Positions 20,150 to 31,178 of a DNA stretch of 64,000 nucleotides are shown in pieces. The translations under genes were made by a program, and so were the position numbers. The notes beneath the pieces are model-generated. The model searched no databases and was not told where the DNA came from. It saw only the letters and a program-made list of their open reading frames with translations. How positions within the stretch are numbered: the first letter of the stretch is position 1; each line of letters starts with the position of its first letter. This DNA comes from a virus (lineage: Duplodnaviria; Caudoviricetes): IMG/VR virus record IMGVR_UViG_3300048854_000081, positions 160,001 to 224,000 of that record. One strand, written 5' to 3'.

Positions 20150-21754
20150 ATGACTGACTCCAACATCCTAAATTACTGGCCTATGCCTAATTTCCCACCT
20201 CGCTTCTCCCAAGAGAAAGTGCTGAAGTGGATGGAATCTCTACCACCGAATATCAAGTACATTCTATGTGAAATCCCTGTTGGTGGTGGTAAGTCACCTA
20301 TCGGTCTGAATCTAAGTGCATACCTAGCCAATTCATACGGCAACTCCTTCATTCTTACCCCACAGAAGATTCTACAAAAGCAGTATCAAGACTCCTTTGA
20401 TAAGGAACACCTCTTTTCTCTCTATGGGAAAGGGAACTACAAGTGTGCTCCAAAGGACACCAATTGTGATGTAGGTGCTGATCTAAAGCCGCGTTGCGAA
20501 AGCTGTCCACATAGGAACGCCATGACACAGGCGAAGTCCTCACCTAATATCGTATTGAACTACACCTTGGCTCTTCTCCTGTTCATGCTAAACAATGAAT
20601 TGAAGATTTCCAAGAGAAAGCTAATTGTATTCGACGAATGCCATACCTTGGAACATCACCTAACCGAATTCAAAGCACTTCAAATTGGTGAGAAGCGCTG
20701 CCGTCAGTTCAAGGTCAAGTTTCAGACACCTAAGAACGAATATGAAGCAGTTGAATGGCTAGCTGATATCTACAAGCCAGCAGTTATCAAGGAATACAAT
20801 TCCCTTAAGGCAGTTGTAGATGAAATCATGTCTCGTTACGAAGATGGCGAAGCCATGGAACGTGCTGACGCAGAACTGATCAATAAGCTAAAGGATGTCG
20901 TCGGACACCTAGATTCGCTTAATGAATACACAGCTATGACCATTGATGAGATATTAGAGAAGTACGCACTCATTCGTGATAAGTCATTTTTCAAATTCAA
21001 GCCACTCTATGGCAAGGAGCTATTCCGCCAGTACATCAATCCAATGGCTGATCGATTCCTTTTCATGTCCTCTACCATTCTGGACAAGGACGCCTATTGC
21101 CGTGATCTTGGTATTCCGCCAAGTGAAGCCGCTTTCATTTCTATTGACTCGGAATTTGAGCTAGACAATCGTCCAGTGATCTACAGCCCTACCATGAAGA
21201 TGACCTATGGCTGGGATAAGGACGACAAGCGCAACGACAGAAAAGTCATGATAAGTAAGATTATGGAGATATGCGAAACTCATAGCGATGAGTCTGGTGT
21301 GATCCATACGGGTAGCTTCCAAGTAGCCTCATGGCTGATCAAAGAGCTACAGGGTAAGGTACCACATCACTTGATGCACCATAATCCCGAATCGGATTCA
21401 TCCCGTGATCAGGTGATTGAAGAGTTTACTAACAATAATGGTCTTCAGCCATGTTTACTGATCAGTCCTAGCGTCACCGAAGGTCTCGACCTGAAGGATG
21501 ACCGTGGCCGATTCTCCATCATCGTGAAGGTTCCGTATCCATACCTTGGGGATAACTGGGTCAAGCGTCGCCAAGAGCTATCCAAGGAGTGGTACACCCG
21601 TCAGGCTATGATCGGTATTATTCAGGCGACTGGTCGTATCGTTCGTTCAAAGACGGACTGGGGTTACAATTATATTTTAGATGAATCCTTTGGATCACTG
21701 GCGAAGATGTATTCTCGCAACATTCCAAAGTGGTTCAAAGATTCTATCCTTTAA
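20150..21754 (+). CDS. DinG/Rad3-like SF2 DNA helicase
   Basis: PVGGGKS Walker A, FDECH, Fe-S-type cysteines, SVTEGLD, KVPYP, QATGRIVRS. Confidence 0.9.
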   Translation: MTDSNILNYWPMPNFPPRFSQEKVLKWMESLPPNIKYILCEIPVGGGKSPIGLNLSAYLANSYGNSFILTPQKILQKQYQDSFDKEHLFSLYGKGNYKCAPKDTNCDVGADLKPRCESCPHRNAMTQAKSSPNIVLNYTLALLLFMLNNELKISKRKLIVFDECHTLEHHLTEFKALQIGEKRCRQFKVKFQTPKNEYEAVEWLADIYKPAVIKEYNSLKAVVDEIMSRYEDGEAMERADAELINKLKDVVGHLDSLNEYTAMTIDEILEKYALIRDKSFFKFKPLYGKELFRQYINPMADRFLFMSSTILDKDAYCRDLGIPPSEAAFISIDSEFELDNRPVIYSPTMKMTYGWDKDDKRNDRKVMISKIMEICETHSDESGVIHTGSFQVASWLIKELQGKVPHHLMHHNPESDSSRDQVIEEFTNNNGLQPCLLISPSVTEGLDLKDDRGRFSIIVKVPYPYLGDNWVKRRQELSKEWYTRQAMIGIIQATGRIVRSKTDWGYNYILDESFGSLAKMYSRNIPKWFKDSIL

Positions 21755-21762
21755 GGAAATAA

Positions 21763-22821
21763 ATGAGTAAGACTTTAAAGAAAGCAGCACTGTTCACGGA
21801 TATCCATTACGGTGCTCATAACAATTCCGAGCAACACAATAAAGATTGCTTAGCATATATGGATTGGTTCATCGGGGAAGTCAAAAACGACCCCGATATC
21901 GACCATATCATCTTCACTGGTGATTACTTTGAACATCGTGCATCGATTTCAGGATTAACATTACATTATTCCTATATTGGTGCTAAGAAGATCAATCAGC
22001 TTGGATTGCCTGTGTATTTCATCACAGGCAATCACGATTATTTCAATCGCAATAATCGTGATATCCATAACACCTTTGCCTTTGAAGCTTTATCCAACTT
22101 CATAGTCGTCAATTCCATCCAGTCCTTTGATGAACTGGGTGAAAAAGGTGCGGTACTATCACCATTTCTCTTTGAGCATGAATTTGTCCAACTATTAGGA
22201 TATATCGAATATCCAGTAGTCTTTGGACATTTTGAATTCAAGGATTTCGTAATCACGGGTGATACTATCGTTAAGGAACATGGACCTGATCACAAGCTCC
22301 TGAAGTCATTCAAGAGAATCATGTCAGGCCACTATCATAAGCGTCAGCAGAAGGATAACGTTGTATACATCGGCAATACCTTCCCGACCAACTTCGCAGA
22401 TGCTAATGATACTCATCGTGGTATGGCTAAGTACACTTACAAAGGTGACAAGATAGAATTCTTGGATTGGGCAGATGCACCAACCTACATCAGATGCAAG
22501 CTGTCAGATGTATTAGCTCATGCAAAGTCTATTCTTAAACCACAATCTACGGTACAATGTAAAGTTGACGTGGATTTATCTTATGAAGAATCTCTTGAAC
22601 TCAAGGCTAGTTTGATCAAGAAATACAAGCTTCGTGAGTTAACTCTTGATGAGGGTTTTGATCTTGACGATAACCTCAATGGCGAAGTGACAGAAGAAGA
22701 TGAGGATATGGACGATAGCGCGATGTCTGCGATCATCGTAGGCAAGCTAAAAACCGTATCTGCGAAGAACATTGATAATGAAAAGCTCATTACGATGTTC
22801 GAAGGACTAAATGAACGATGA
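21763..22821 (+). CDS. gp47: Recombination endonuclease subunit (gp47/Mre11/SbcD)
   Basis: TDIHYG, GDYF, GNHD, GHF, SGHYH phosphoesterase motifs. Confidence 0.92.
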   Translation: MSKTLKKAALFTDIHYGAHNNSEQHNKDCLAYMDWFIGEVKNDPDIDHIIFTGDYFEHRASISGLTLHYSYIGAKKINQLGLPVYFITGNHDYFNRNNRDIHNTFAFEALSNFIVVNSIQSFDELGEKGAVLSPFLFEHEFVQLLGYIEYPVVFGHFEFKDFVITGDTIVKEHGPDHKLLKSFKRIMSGHYHKRQQKDNVVYIGNTFPTNFADANDTHRGMAKYTYKGDKIEFLDWADAPTYIRCKLSDVLAHAKSILKPQSTVQCKVDVDLSYEESLELKASLIKKYKLRELTLDEGFDLDDNLNGEVTEEDEDMDDSAMSAIIVGKLKTVSAKNIDNEKLITMFEGLNER

Positions 22822-25073
22822 AGACACCTATCAGACTAATTTCTCTTTCGATGAGAAATTTTTTGTCGTACGGAAATAACCTTACGACAATCAACTTAGA
22901 ATTTGAGGAACCTACCCTTATTATCGGTAGGAATCTGGATACAATGGTCAGCGGTCAGATTGATTCCAATGGTTCCGGCAAGACCACTATCGTTAATGCT
23001 TTGGCGTGGTGTCTGTATGGCAAGCCGATTTCCAAGATTGCTCAAGACAAGTTGATCAATAATGTAAATAAAAAGAACATGGAAGTCACGGTAGTATTTG
23101 AGAAAGATGGCAAATACTACATGGTTAAACGTTATAGAAAGCATAAGGTATTGGGTGATACAGGTGTTCGTCTGTTTGAAGCAGCTTCGCTTGATGATCT
23201 TAAGGATGACAAACTTAACCTCAAGGATGGCGATAAGGCTGAGGCTAATATCAGCTTGACCAACCAGCAGTTGGTTCGCATCATTGACATGACGTATGAA
23301 GTCTTCACGATTCTTGTTATCTACAGTGCCAGACACGAACCCTTCTTTGATTTACCATCGACTTCAAAGACTGGACCCAACCAGTCAGATATCATGGAAG
23401 AATTGACTGGACTTACTGAGTTAAGTAAGTGGGCAGATGATCTAGACAAGAAAGTTAAGAAGAATAATACTGAACTTGAAATGGTGAAGGAAGTTCAGAA
23501 AGAAATTGATCGCCAAAAAGAACGTTTTGGCGAAAAGCTGAATTCGATCAAGGCTCGTGTCCAACAGTGGGAAGATATTAATGTTACTAATATCCAGCAA
23601 ACGAAAAATAAGATTGAAGAGCTTTCCAACATTGATTTTGATTTACAGAAAGAATGTCTTGAACATTATAATGTAAATAGGGAAAAGTTGAAGGAGACGT
23701 CTACTCTACTTGACCTAAAGTCAATGGAATTAACCAATCTTCAAGAAAAAGCTGAGAGTGCTCATCGTTGGGTAAAGGATCAGCAAGTCAAGCTGGAACA
23801 AGCCAGAACAAAGTTAGAATCTTTAGATGAAGTAGATTATGCTTCTGAAGAAGAAAAATTAGTAAAGATCGAAACCTTAAAGAGTGAAAGTGAGGTACTT
23901 GTACGAGCAATCAAAACCCGTACAGTGACAACCACACAGAATCATCGTCGCATGTCGGAAATTGCCGATGAGCTTGATCATCTAACTGGTAACAAGTGTC
24001 CTTACTGCTTACAGAAGTTCCAAGATGCCAAGACCAAGATAGATGATCTTGAGACTGAAAAGGGAACCTTGTATGGTGAGGTCATAAAACTTGATAAGGA
24101 AAATCTGAAAGATTCTGCCGTCGTAGAGAAGAACAAGGATGATCTGGAACAATTACAAGGTCAGGTCAATTTTAATTCATTAGTAGCACTGAACTCTCAC
24201 AAGAATCAGTACGAAAATAGTAAAAATGAAGTAGCAAGACTTGAATCGCAAGTCAATCCATATGCTGATGTAAATATGGATGAGCTTAATGAATCCATTG
24301 ATAATCTTCTAAAGGAATGGAAGAGTCTTGAGAAGAAGAAAGCCAAGTTCGCCACGGTCGTCGCAACGATCAAAGAAGAATTGATTTATGATACTGAAAC
24401 ACAATTAATCAATGATTTAAATAAGATTAATGTATTGAAGGATGAGTTGGTCAAGCTTGAGGCCGGAACTAACCCACATACTGAAACGTTAGATGATCTA
24501 TCTAACATGAAGTTTGATGAAGACAATTATAAGAAGATTGATGAGCTAGAAAAGGAAATCCTTCACCAGAAATTCCTTTACAAGCTTCTGACCAAGAAAG
24601 ATTCGTTCATTCGTAAGTCGCTTCTAAGTAAGAGTCTGAAGTTCCTAAACGAAAGGCTGAAAGACTACATGGGCATGCTTGGTATGAACCATAAAGTTAA
24701 GTTCACCGAAGAGCTAACTGCCAAGATCAGTCAGTTTGGAAATGAATTGGATTTCGGTAACCTTTCAGCCGGACAGCAAGCACGTGTAAATCTGGCACTA
24801 TCTTTCGCCTTCAAGGATGTTCTACAGAAGAGATATGGTAAGATTTCATTCTGTATCTTGGACGAATGTCTGGATGTAGGTCTTGGATCGGTAGGTGTGC
24901 AGATGGCAGCAAAGATGGTGAAGACCATTGCTATTAGAGATAAGCTATCCATGTTCATCATCAGTCACAAAGATGAAATTGCCAACATGTTCCCCAACGT
25001 GATGGAGATTGAGTTAAACAAGGGTTTCTCGTCTATCTTGAAATCTAAATTATCAAGTACTGAATATGCATAA
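22818..25073 (+). CDS. gp46: Recombination ATPase subunit (gp46/Rad50/SbcC)
   Basis: NGSGKTT, coiled coil with CPYC zinc hook, LSAGQ signature, LDE Walker B, ISH. Confidence 0.93.
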   Translation: MKTPIRLISLSMRNFLSYGNNLTTINLEFEEPTLIIGRNLDTMVSGQIDSNGSGKTTIVNALAWCLYGKPISKIAQDKLINNVNKKNMEVTVVFEKDGKYYMVKRYRKHKVLGDTGVRLFEAASLDDLKDDKLNLKDGDKAEANISLTNQQLVRIIDMTYEVFTILVIYSARHEPFFDLPSTSKTGPNQSDIMEELTGLTELSKWADDLDKKVKKNNTELEMVKEVQKEIDRQKERFGEKLNSIKARVQQWEDINVTNIQQTKNKIEELSNIDFDLQKECLEHYNVNREKLKETSTLLDLKSMELTNLQEKAESAHRWVKDQQVKLEQARTKLESLDEVDYASEEEKLVKIETLKSESEVLVRAIKTRTVTTTQNHRRMSEIADELDHLTGNKCPYCLQKFQDAKTKIDDLETEKGTLYGEVIKLDKENLKDSAVVEKNKDDLEQLQGQVNFNSLVALNSHKNQYENSKNEVARLESQVNPYADVNMDELNESIDNLLKEWKSLEKKKAKFATVVATIKEELIYDTETQLINDLNKINVLKDELVKLEAGTNPHTETLDDLSNMKFDEDNYKKIDELEKEILHQKFLYKLLTKKDSFIRKSLLSKSLKFLNERLKDYMGMLGMNHKVKFTEELTAKISQFGNELDFGNLSAGQQARVNLALSFAFKDVLQKRYGKISFCILDECLDVGLGSVGVQMAAKMVKTIAIRDKLSMFIISHKDEIANMFPNVMEIELNKGFSSILKSKLSSTEYA

Positions 25074-25101
25074 AGAAAAGCCCGCTTTCGCGGGCTTTTT
25101 C
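25074..25101. terminator. Bidirectional intrinsic terminator
   Basis: AAAAGCCCGC-TTTC-GCGGGCTTTTT between convergent genes. Confidence 0.85.
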
Positions 25102-25602
25102 TTATTCTGAGAAATCTGTGTCGGTTACATCTATTACTTCGGAAGCGGAATATTCGAATGTGGTATCACTTACACTATCGCTGGTAGACATGTGACTTTC
25201 AAAGTCATCGAAACCATTACGATCTAGGAAGGAGAAGGATGGGGATTCACCATGAGAAATTAGAATTTCGTCTCTGATGTCTCTCTGCTTTCTTTCTGTA
25301 TTATCAAACTGGAAGAAAGCGTGCTTGATGGTTTGAGTAAAATAAGCGAATGGGTTGTTACTTTTCTGTGCATTGAATCCCTTCCACACCTTGACGATGG
25401 TTAGAAGAGCAAATGCTTGCATATCTTCATTATACGTATAATTGGCAAATCGGCCTTTCATAGCAAATCGATGGGTTAGCATCATAAGCATTCTGGTCAA
25501 ATTGTCAGTCATCTTACTTTGACTATTACTAATTTCTAACTCTTTGAGAAGGTCAGCATTGTTAATATAGTTCTTTTTCTTTTTAGGCTTAATTTCGGTC
25601 AT
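25102..25602 (-). CDS. gp55: Late-transcription sigma factor (gp55-like)
   Basis: NYINNADLL, FANYTYNEDM, KSNNPFAYFTQ motifs. Confidence 0.88.
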   Translation of the reverse strand: MTEIKPKKKKNYINNADLLKELEISNSQSKMTDNLTRMLMMLTHRFAMKGRFANYTYNEDMQAFALLTIVKVWKGFNAQKSNNPFAYFTQTIKHAFFQFDNTERKQRDIRDEILISHGESPSFSFLDRNGFDDFESHMSTSDSVSDTTFEYSASEVIDVTDTDFSE

Positions 25603-25712
25603 TGTTTACTCATACATGTAATGTTATAAAATATATCATAATTATCTATTATTTGTCAACAATATATAAACTTCTATTTACATAAATATCAATATATTTG
25701 AGTGAATAGTAG

Positions 25713-28607
25713 ATGGCAACCAATGATATCGATGTACAAGCATTAAGAAATGCTGTCAATGCGATGGCTAAAGCCCTAGGTGGGAATACCGGATTCAGCG
25801 GTGCCGCCACTGGCGGTAGGAGTAGTGCATACTCTTCCTATAAGAATGACGATAATAATGAGGTCGATTACGACAAGCTAAAGCGCATCATGAAAAATAA
25901 TGGTGACGTAGCTCAGCAGATATTAGTTACCTTAAAAAATGTATCAAAATCCAATAGTAAGATTGCCGATCTATATTCAGACCTAGAAAAATCTACTCGT
26001 AACCAGACCGATATCCAGAGAAAAGCTGCATTGGCACTGGCTGATTTCCTTTCCAAAACCAAGGATGTGACCGGTTCTTTGGAAAAAGTTTCCATTACAA
26101 TGAAGAAAACCAACGATAGTCTTAAGGGTAGCGATGCTGCCATTGAGGCTTGGCAGAAAGCCGTTGCCCGTCAACAGTTTCTACTAAAGCAGATGAATGA
26201 CTCGGAAGAGGCTTTCATTAAGAAGCGTAAGGAACTGGAAGAAAAGATTGCTAAGCAGACTGCTCAAAAGAAAGGCACAACGAAAACCAAGGAAGAATTG
26301 GCAGACGTTATGGATGAATTTGCCGAAGATGTAAAGGCATACCATGAAGAGCTAGATAAGAATAAGAAAAGTCTAGATGCCCTTGATGAATCCGTATCGG
26401 AAATTATCAAAAATTTTGAAGACCTAGATAAAATCACGAATACTCTTACTGCTGCACAGAAAGACCAGTTAAAGCGCTATAGAGATATGACCGCTGATCA
26501 GCGTAAAGCATCAGGCATCAATGATTCCCTAAAGGAAAGTATTGAAGGTCTAGATGGTGGTACCAAGATTGCAGCCGATAACATTGTAAAGAATTCTAAA
26601 ACTGCCGGTGACAGCTTGGTCAAGGCTGGTCAGTATGCATTAAAGTTCGGTAAACTATTGGTAGCCATGGTTCCCGGCTTGGTCAATGACATGCTTGCCC
26701 GTGATCGTTACAACGTTAGTACCCATGATTACAAGGGTGACATCGGTCGAGGTATCAGTGAGCAAGAGCGTGCACAGTTAATCGGTACCAACCGTAATAT
26801 TTTTAGATCATCCGGTGGTGGTGACGAAACCAAGGGCTTTAACAACTCGGCTGAATTGCAGAGAACCGCACATCTATTTGGTGTGACGGGTGCCGATGCT
26901 ATTAAGAAAGTACTAGAAACTCAACAGACATCTGCTGGATTCGGTGTTTCGTACGGTAACATTGCAGCCCAAAAGCTTCAGATGACCACCATGCGAGAAA
27001 TGGCTAAGCAGATTGGTGTGACTGATGATGAGCTTAAGGATTTCTATAGTTCGCTTCAGGATATGGGTCAGACTGCTGCTCTGAGTCAGAAGTATGCTGA
27101 TAAGAACGATATTGAACGTTCTAAGGCTATTAACAAGGAAATCTACGAAAGAACCCGATTGAATACTGCGTTGGGTATCAGCCTAGAACAGCAAAAGCAA
27201 GCTCAACAAGCCGCAGTTAACCAAAAATACGGTGGTATCGAATCCTTAATCAAAGGTAAGATTGGCGGTGATATATTAACCAAAGATTTTGAAAATAATG
27301 GTGGACAATTAACCGCCCGCCAAAAGCAATTGGTTACTGATAATATTCAGACCAAGGGTGCATATTTGACTGGTAAAGATGCCGATGATTATCAGTCGGC
27401 TGTACAGTCTATAGCCTCCCAGCGTTCCGGAAGATTACAAAAAGCCGGTGAAGCTAACTCTCAGGGTAACTATAGACCTTTAGCTGGTGAAGAAGCCAAC
27501 AATGCGATTTACAGTTCGTTAGGATTGGACGTTCAAGACTTTGACGTTACAAACTCTAAGAATGCTCAACAGCGTAAAGCTCAGGGTGAGAATGCTGTTG
27601 GTAATGCTTCATTTAATGACGTTCTTAAATCGGCCCAGTCATCCCTTGATGGTCCTGATGGCTTCACTGCTGCTGTCTATAATGCTACTGAAGCTTTGAC
27701 TGGTTTGAAGAAATCCCCAGTTGGTGACATTGCAGCATTTGTTGGTGGTGCTATTGCACAATATTTGGGACAAAAGGTTGTAGGTAAAGCTGCCGGATGG
27801 ATAGCAGGTAAGGTCGCTGGTACTGCCGGAGGTGCAGCCGCCGAAGGTCTTGCTGGAACTGTCGCCGGTGGAACAGTAGGTAAAGCTGCCGGTTTACTTG
27901 CTAAAGCTAAGGGTTTTGGTGCGAGAGGTATTGCCGGTGGTCTTGCTGCTTACGGTATCAATGCGCTCTATGGTGATGCGGATACATTATCCGAAGGTAA
28001 TGATGACTTAGGATCACAAGCATTGCGCGGTGGCGATTACGTAGCCAATGCTGCCATGGGTTCAGGTTTCCTTCCAGCCATGGCATTAGGTGGTACGTAT
28101 AAGGTCGCAACGCGTGCTGGCAACTCCATTCAAAAACAATTAGCTAAATCCTCTACCTTCAATGATCTATCTGACGTTGCCTTTGGTTCTACCATTGGTG
28201 GTGTTCAGGCATTGTTTGGTGGTGATAAGGCTGGTTGGAATCAGGCGAAAAGTGGAGCTTATTCACTATCCAACAGTGTTAGATCACTTGTTGGTCTAGA
28301 CCCATTAAGCCAATCCACAGGTACAAACAACTTCGTACCACCTCAGGCTGGTCAAACTCCTAACCAGACATTGAATAATCAAATTATGCAGCAGGCTCAG
28401 CAGGCTCTATCTAATGGTGATGCCGATAAGGCAACGAAATTACTAGAGTCTATCGCTAAGTCGAATGCGGAAATGAATAGCCGTGACGATAAGGATGCCC
28501 AACAGAAGGCCGCAGAACAGCAGGCTAACATTGGTTCGGCTTACTCTGAATACGCTAAACACTTGGATGGCGTATTTGGGTCGGTCAGTCACGGTACTGC
28601 CGCTTAA
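25713..28607 (+). CDS. Probable tail tape-measure-like virion protein
   Basis: 964 aa, coiled-coil N-terminus, Gly/Ala-rich C-terminal half, late promoter at 25682. Confidence 0.55.
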   Translation: MATNDIDVQALRNAVNAMAKALGGNTGFSGAATGGRSSAYSSYKNDDNNEVDYDKLKRIMKNNGDVAQQILVTLKNVSKSNSKIADLYSDLEKSTRNQTDIQRKAALALADFLSKTKDVTGSLEKVSITMKKTNDSLKGSDAAIEAWQKAVARQQFLLKQMNDSEEAFIKKRKELEEKIAKQTAQKKGTTKTKEELADVMDEFAEDVKAYHEELDKNKKSLDALDESVSEIIKNFEDLDKITNTLTAAQKDQLKRYRDMTADQRKASGINDSLKESIEGLDGGTKIAADNIVKNSKTAGDSLVKAGQYALKFGKLLVAMVPGLVNDMLARDRYNVSTHDYKGDIGRGISEQERAQLIGTNRNIFRSSGGGDETKGFNNSAELQRTAHLFGVTGADAIKKVLETQQTSAGFGVSYGNIAAQKLQMTTMREMAKQIGVTDDELKDFYSSLQDMGQTAALSQKYADKNDIERSKAINKEIYERTRLNTALGISLEQQKQAQQAAVNQKYGGIESLIKGKIGGDILTKDFENNGGQLTARQKQLVTDNIQTKGAYLTGKDADDYQSAVQSIASQRSGRLQKAGEANSQGNYRPLAGEEANNAIYSSLGLDVQDFDVTNSKNAQQRKAQGENAVGNASFNDVLKSAQSSLDGPDGFTAAVYNATEALTGLKKSPVGDIAAFVGGAIAQYLGQKVVGKAAGWIAGKVAGTAGGAAAEGLAGTVAGGTVGKAAGLLAKAKGFGARGIAGGLAAYGINALYGDADTLSEGNDDLGSQALRGGDYVANAAMGSGFLPAMALGGTYKVATRAGNSIQKQLAKSSTFNDLSDVAFGSTIGGVQALFGGDKAGWNQAKSGAYSLSNSVRSLVGLDPLSQSTGTNNFVPPQAGQTPNQTLNNQIMQQAQQALSNGDADKATKLLESIAKSNAEMNSRDDKDAQQKAAEQQANIGSAYSEYAKHLDGVFGSVSHGTAA

Positions 28608-28644
28608 AAAACGCATAAATAATTGAATCAAAGAGATTTTCAAG

Positions 28645-30342
28645 ATGGCTAATCCAGAAAATGGAAAAATAGTAAAATTCTATAAGTTTATTACTCCTGA
28701 ATCGCCACGAACTAGCGTCACTGACAGTCAAGATACTGTAGGTAATTATGGTTTGTATGGTAACTATTCATGGATGAATAAGCTTATGCAGGGTAGTTCC
28801 ATGCGCCTGCAACGCTATCGTGAATACGACATGATGGATGAAGACACCGACGTATCCAGAGCATTGGACATCATTGCCGAAGAAATCGTAGGAAATAATC
28901 CAAAGTCTAAACTTCCATTAGAATTGAAGATTACGGCTGGTGACGAACAGAATGTTTCCAGTACCACAGTTGTAACCCTGAAGGCAGCACTTAAAACGTG
29001 GTGCACTATTCATCGTTGGAATCGTCGTTTATATACAATGGTAAGAAATACCATCAAGTACGGTGATACATTCTTCTTCAGAAACAAGAAGCAGAACCTT
29101 CCAATGAAGTTCGTTAACCCTAAGAATGTTATCGGTGCCATCGTTAGCGAAGATGATGTTAATGAAATTGAAGGTTGGCAGATTCGTACCGATTACAATA
29201 AGGCTGTCCAGAACGTAAATTTTGCTATGACTGGTGCTTCTTCGGAGACCTATAACGTACAAAATTTCAAGGCATCCGAAGTTGTAAGATTCGGTTTACA
29301 TGATGATATGAGCGACGAAGCTCCATTCAGCTTGTCAATTCTTAAGGCTGCATACAAAATCTTCAAACAGAAGCAAATGTTGGAAGATTCTCTATTAATC
29401 TATCGTATTCAAAGAGCACCAGAAAAGCGCGTCTTCAAGCTAGAGTTGGGTAATACACCACCTCACCTAAGAGCACAAATGCTTGAGAATGCTAAGAATG
29501 AAATCAAACAGCGCAAGATTCCTACCCCATACGGTGGTGGTAATCAGGTCGAGTCGATTTATTCACCAATGTCAATGAACGAAGATTTCTTCTTCGCAAT
29601 GAAGAACGGTCAGGGTTCCACTGTAGAAACTCTACCGGCTGGACAGAACCTTGGTCAGCTAGATGACCTTAACTACTTCTTTAACAAGATGTGGAGAGCT
29701 TTAAGAATTCCTCAGTCATATATGGACAACACCACCGAAGGTGGTACACCATTTAATGACGGTAAGGTCGGTATTGCTTATCAGCAGGAAATCAAGTTCA
29801 CATTGTACATTGAATCATTACAGATTCACTTTGAAGATGTTCTAGATAGAGAATTCAAGAAATTCTTGCTAGATCAAGGTATCAACATTGATCCTACTAT
29901 CTTCAAGATTGTTCTACCTGAACCATCTAACTTCAAGAAATCCAGAGATAATGAAATTGATCAGGTATTGGTCAATCTAACAACTTCTGCCCTAGGTATC
30001 GAAGGTCTATCGAAGCGTTTCGTATTTGGTAAGTATCTACAGATGACTAAGGAAGAAATGATCCTTAATGAAAGAATGAAGGCTGAAGAGCTTGGTCTTG
30101 ATCCAAATGACCCACGTAACATGGCTAAGATTTACTCACCAGATAATGCCGATTCCGGTGGTTATGACGGTGGTCTAACCGGTGGCGGTGGTGGAGGTTC
30201 TGGCTCTGACCTAGGTAGCGATGACTTTGGTGGTGACGATACAGACACCGACGTAGACACCAGTGATGGTTCTGAAAACAAACCCGGAGACACTAAGGGT
30301 GGACCAGCCGGTGGTCAGGCTAATCAAAATAGCCAAAAATGA
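28645..30342 (+). CDS. gp20: Portal vertex protein (gp20-like)
   Basis: MLEDSLLIYRIQRAPEKRVF, MNEDFFF, VETLPAGQNLGQLDDLNYF..ALRIP. Confidence 0.95.
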   Translation: MANPENGKIVKFYKFITPESPRTSVTDSQDTVGNYGLYGNYSWMNKLMQGSSMRLQRYREYDMMDEDTDVSRALDIIAEEIVGNNPKSKLPLELKITAGDEQNVSSTTVVTLKAALKTWCTIHRWNRRLYTMVRNTIKYGDTFFFRNKKQNLPMKFVNPKNVIGAIVSEDDVNEIEGWQIRTDYNKAVQNVNFAMTGASSETYNVQNFKASEVVRFGLHDDMSDEAPFSLSILKAAYKIFKQKQMLEDSLLIYRIQRAPEKRVFKLELGNTPPHLRAQMLENAKNEIKQRKIPTPYGGGNQVESIYSPMSMNEDFFFAMKNGQGSTVETLPAGQNLGQLDDLNYFFNKMWRALRIPQSYMDNTTEGGTPFNDGKVGIAYQQEIKFTLYIESLQIHFEDVLDREFKKFLLDQGINIDPTIFKIVLPEPSNFKKSRDNEIDQVLVNLTTSALGIEGLSKRFVFGKYLQMTKEEMILNERMKAEELGLDPNDPRNMAKIYSPDNADSGGYDGGLTGGGGGGSGSDLGSDDFGGDDTDTDVDTSDGSENKPGDTKGGPAGGQANQNSQK

Positions 30343-30381
30343 AATCTAAAGACATAAATAATAACTATCCTAGGAACAGTC

Positions 30382-30768
30382 ATGGAACCAAAAGAATATT
30401 TACAGCAAGTCGTTGATGCCATTATTCGTGGTGATCAGCAGCAAGCTAAAGATGCTCATCATGCATACATTGAGCTAAAAACAAAAGATATGCTTAAGGA
30501 AGATCATGATGTTCTTCTAACATCGGAAGGTCTTGAAACTTTTATCAAGACTCTCCATAAGCGTGCCAAGAAGGCCAAGAAAGAGGAAGCTTTCCTAATG
30601 TGTTTAGGTAAGCATTCCGGTCACGATAACTGCTCAGTTAAGGATTTTGCATCCTGTGCTGACCATCTAGCTAAGAATAAGAAGAAAGCTGACAAGTTCA
30701 TTCATGCCGTTGAGCATGAATTGAAGTTGGAAAAAGATGACCCTGCTAAGGATATTAAGGGCGAATGA
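30382..30768 (+). CDS. Prohead core/scaffold-like small protein
   Basis: Between portal and protease; its N-terminal helix resembles that of 31179..31652; late promoter at 30354. Confidence 0.5.
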   Translation: MEPKEYLQQVVDAIIRGDQQQAKDAHHAYIELKTKDMLKEDHDVLLTSEGLETFIKTLHKRAKKAKKEEAFLMCLGKHSGHDNCSVKDFASCADHLAKNKKKADKFIHAVEHELKLEKDDPAKDIKGE

Positions 30769-30965
30769 AGATTTTAGATGTACTGTCAATCACCATTCCT
30801 AATGCTTACAAGGACAAAAATCCTAAGAAAGTAGCCTATAAGAAGGGTAAGTCCCCTTATGGTGCGAATGGTGCTCCAAGTTCTACGGACGGATCGGGTG
30901 CCACGGGTGGCGCATCTTCTGGTGGTCCTGATGGTGGTGGCGCAGGCGGCGGGGGTGGAGAGTGA
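30765..30965 (+). CDS. Small Gly-rich head-associated protein
   Basis: MKILDVL N-terminus, Gly-rich tail, overlapping start/stop. Confidence 0.45.
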   Translation: MKILDVLSITIPNAYKDKNPKKVAYKKGKSPYGANGAPSSTDGSGATGGASSGGPDGGGAGGGGGE

Positions 30966-31165
30966 AAAAAGTAAAGGCTGGATCATTCAAAGAATACGTA
31001 AACAATCTAAAGATGTCTCCTTATAATTATCTTATCTCAAATACTGAGGAATTTAAGAAAGAGGAAGAAGAGGCTGGGATTGAACCGACACCAGAAGAGA
31101 AAGAGGAAGAGAATTCAAAGTCTCTCCTACAATACCTTCTAGTAGCAAATCAAGTAAACCGATAA
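30962..31165 (+). CDS. Small acidic prohead protein
   Basis: SFKEYV and SLLQYL motifs; head operon. Confidence 0.45.
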   Translation: MKKVKAGSFKEYVNNLKMSPYNYLISNTEEFKKEEEEAGIEPTPEEKEEENSKSLLQYLLVANQVNR

Positions 31166-31178
31166 TTAAGGATTAAAA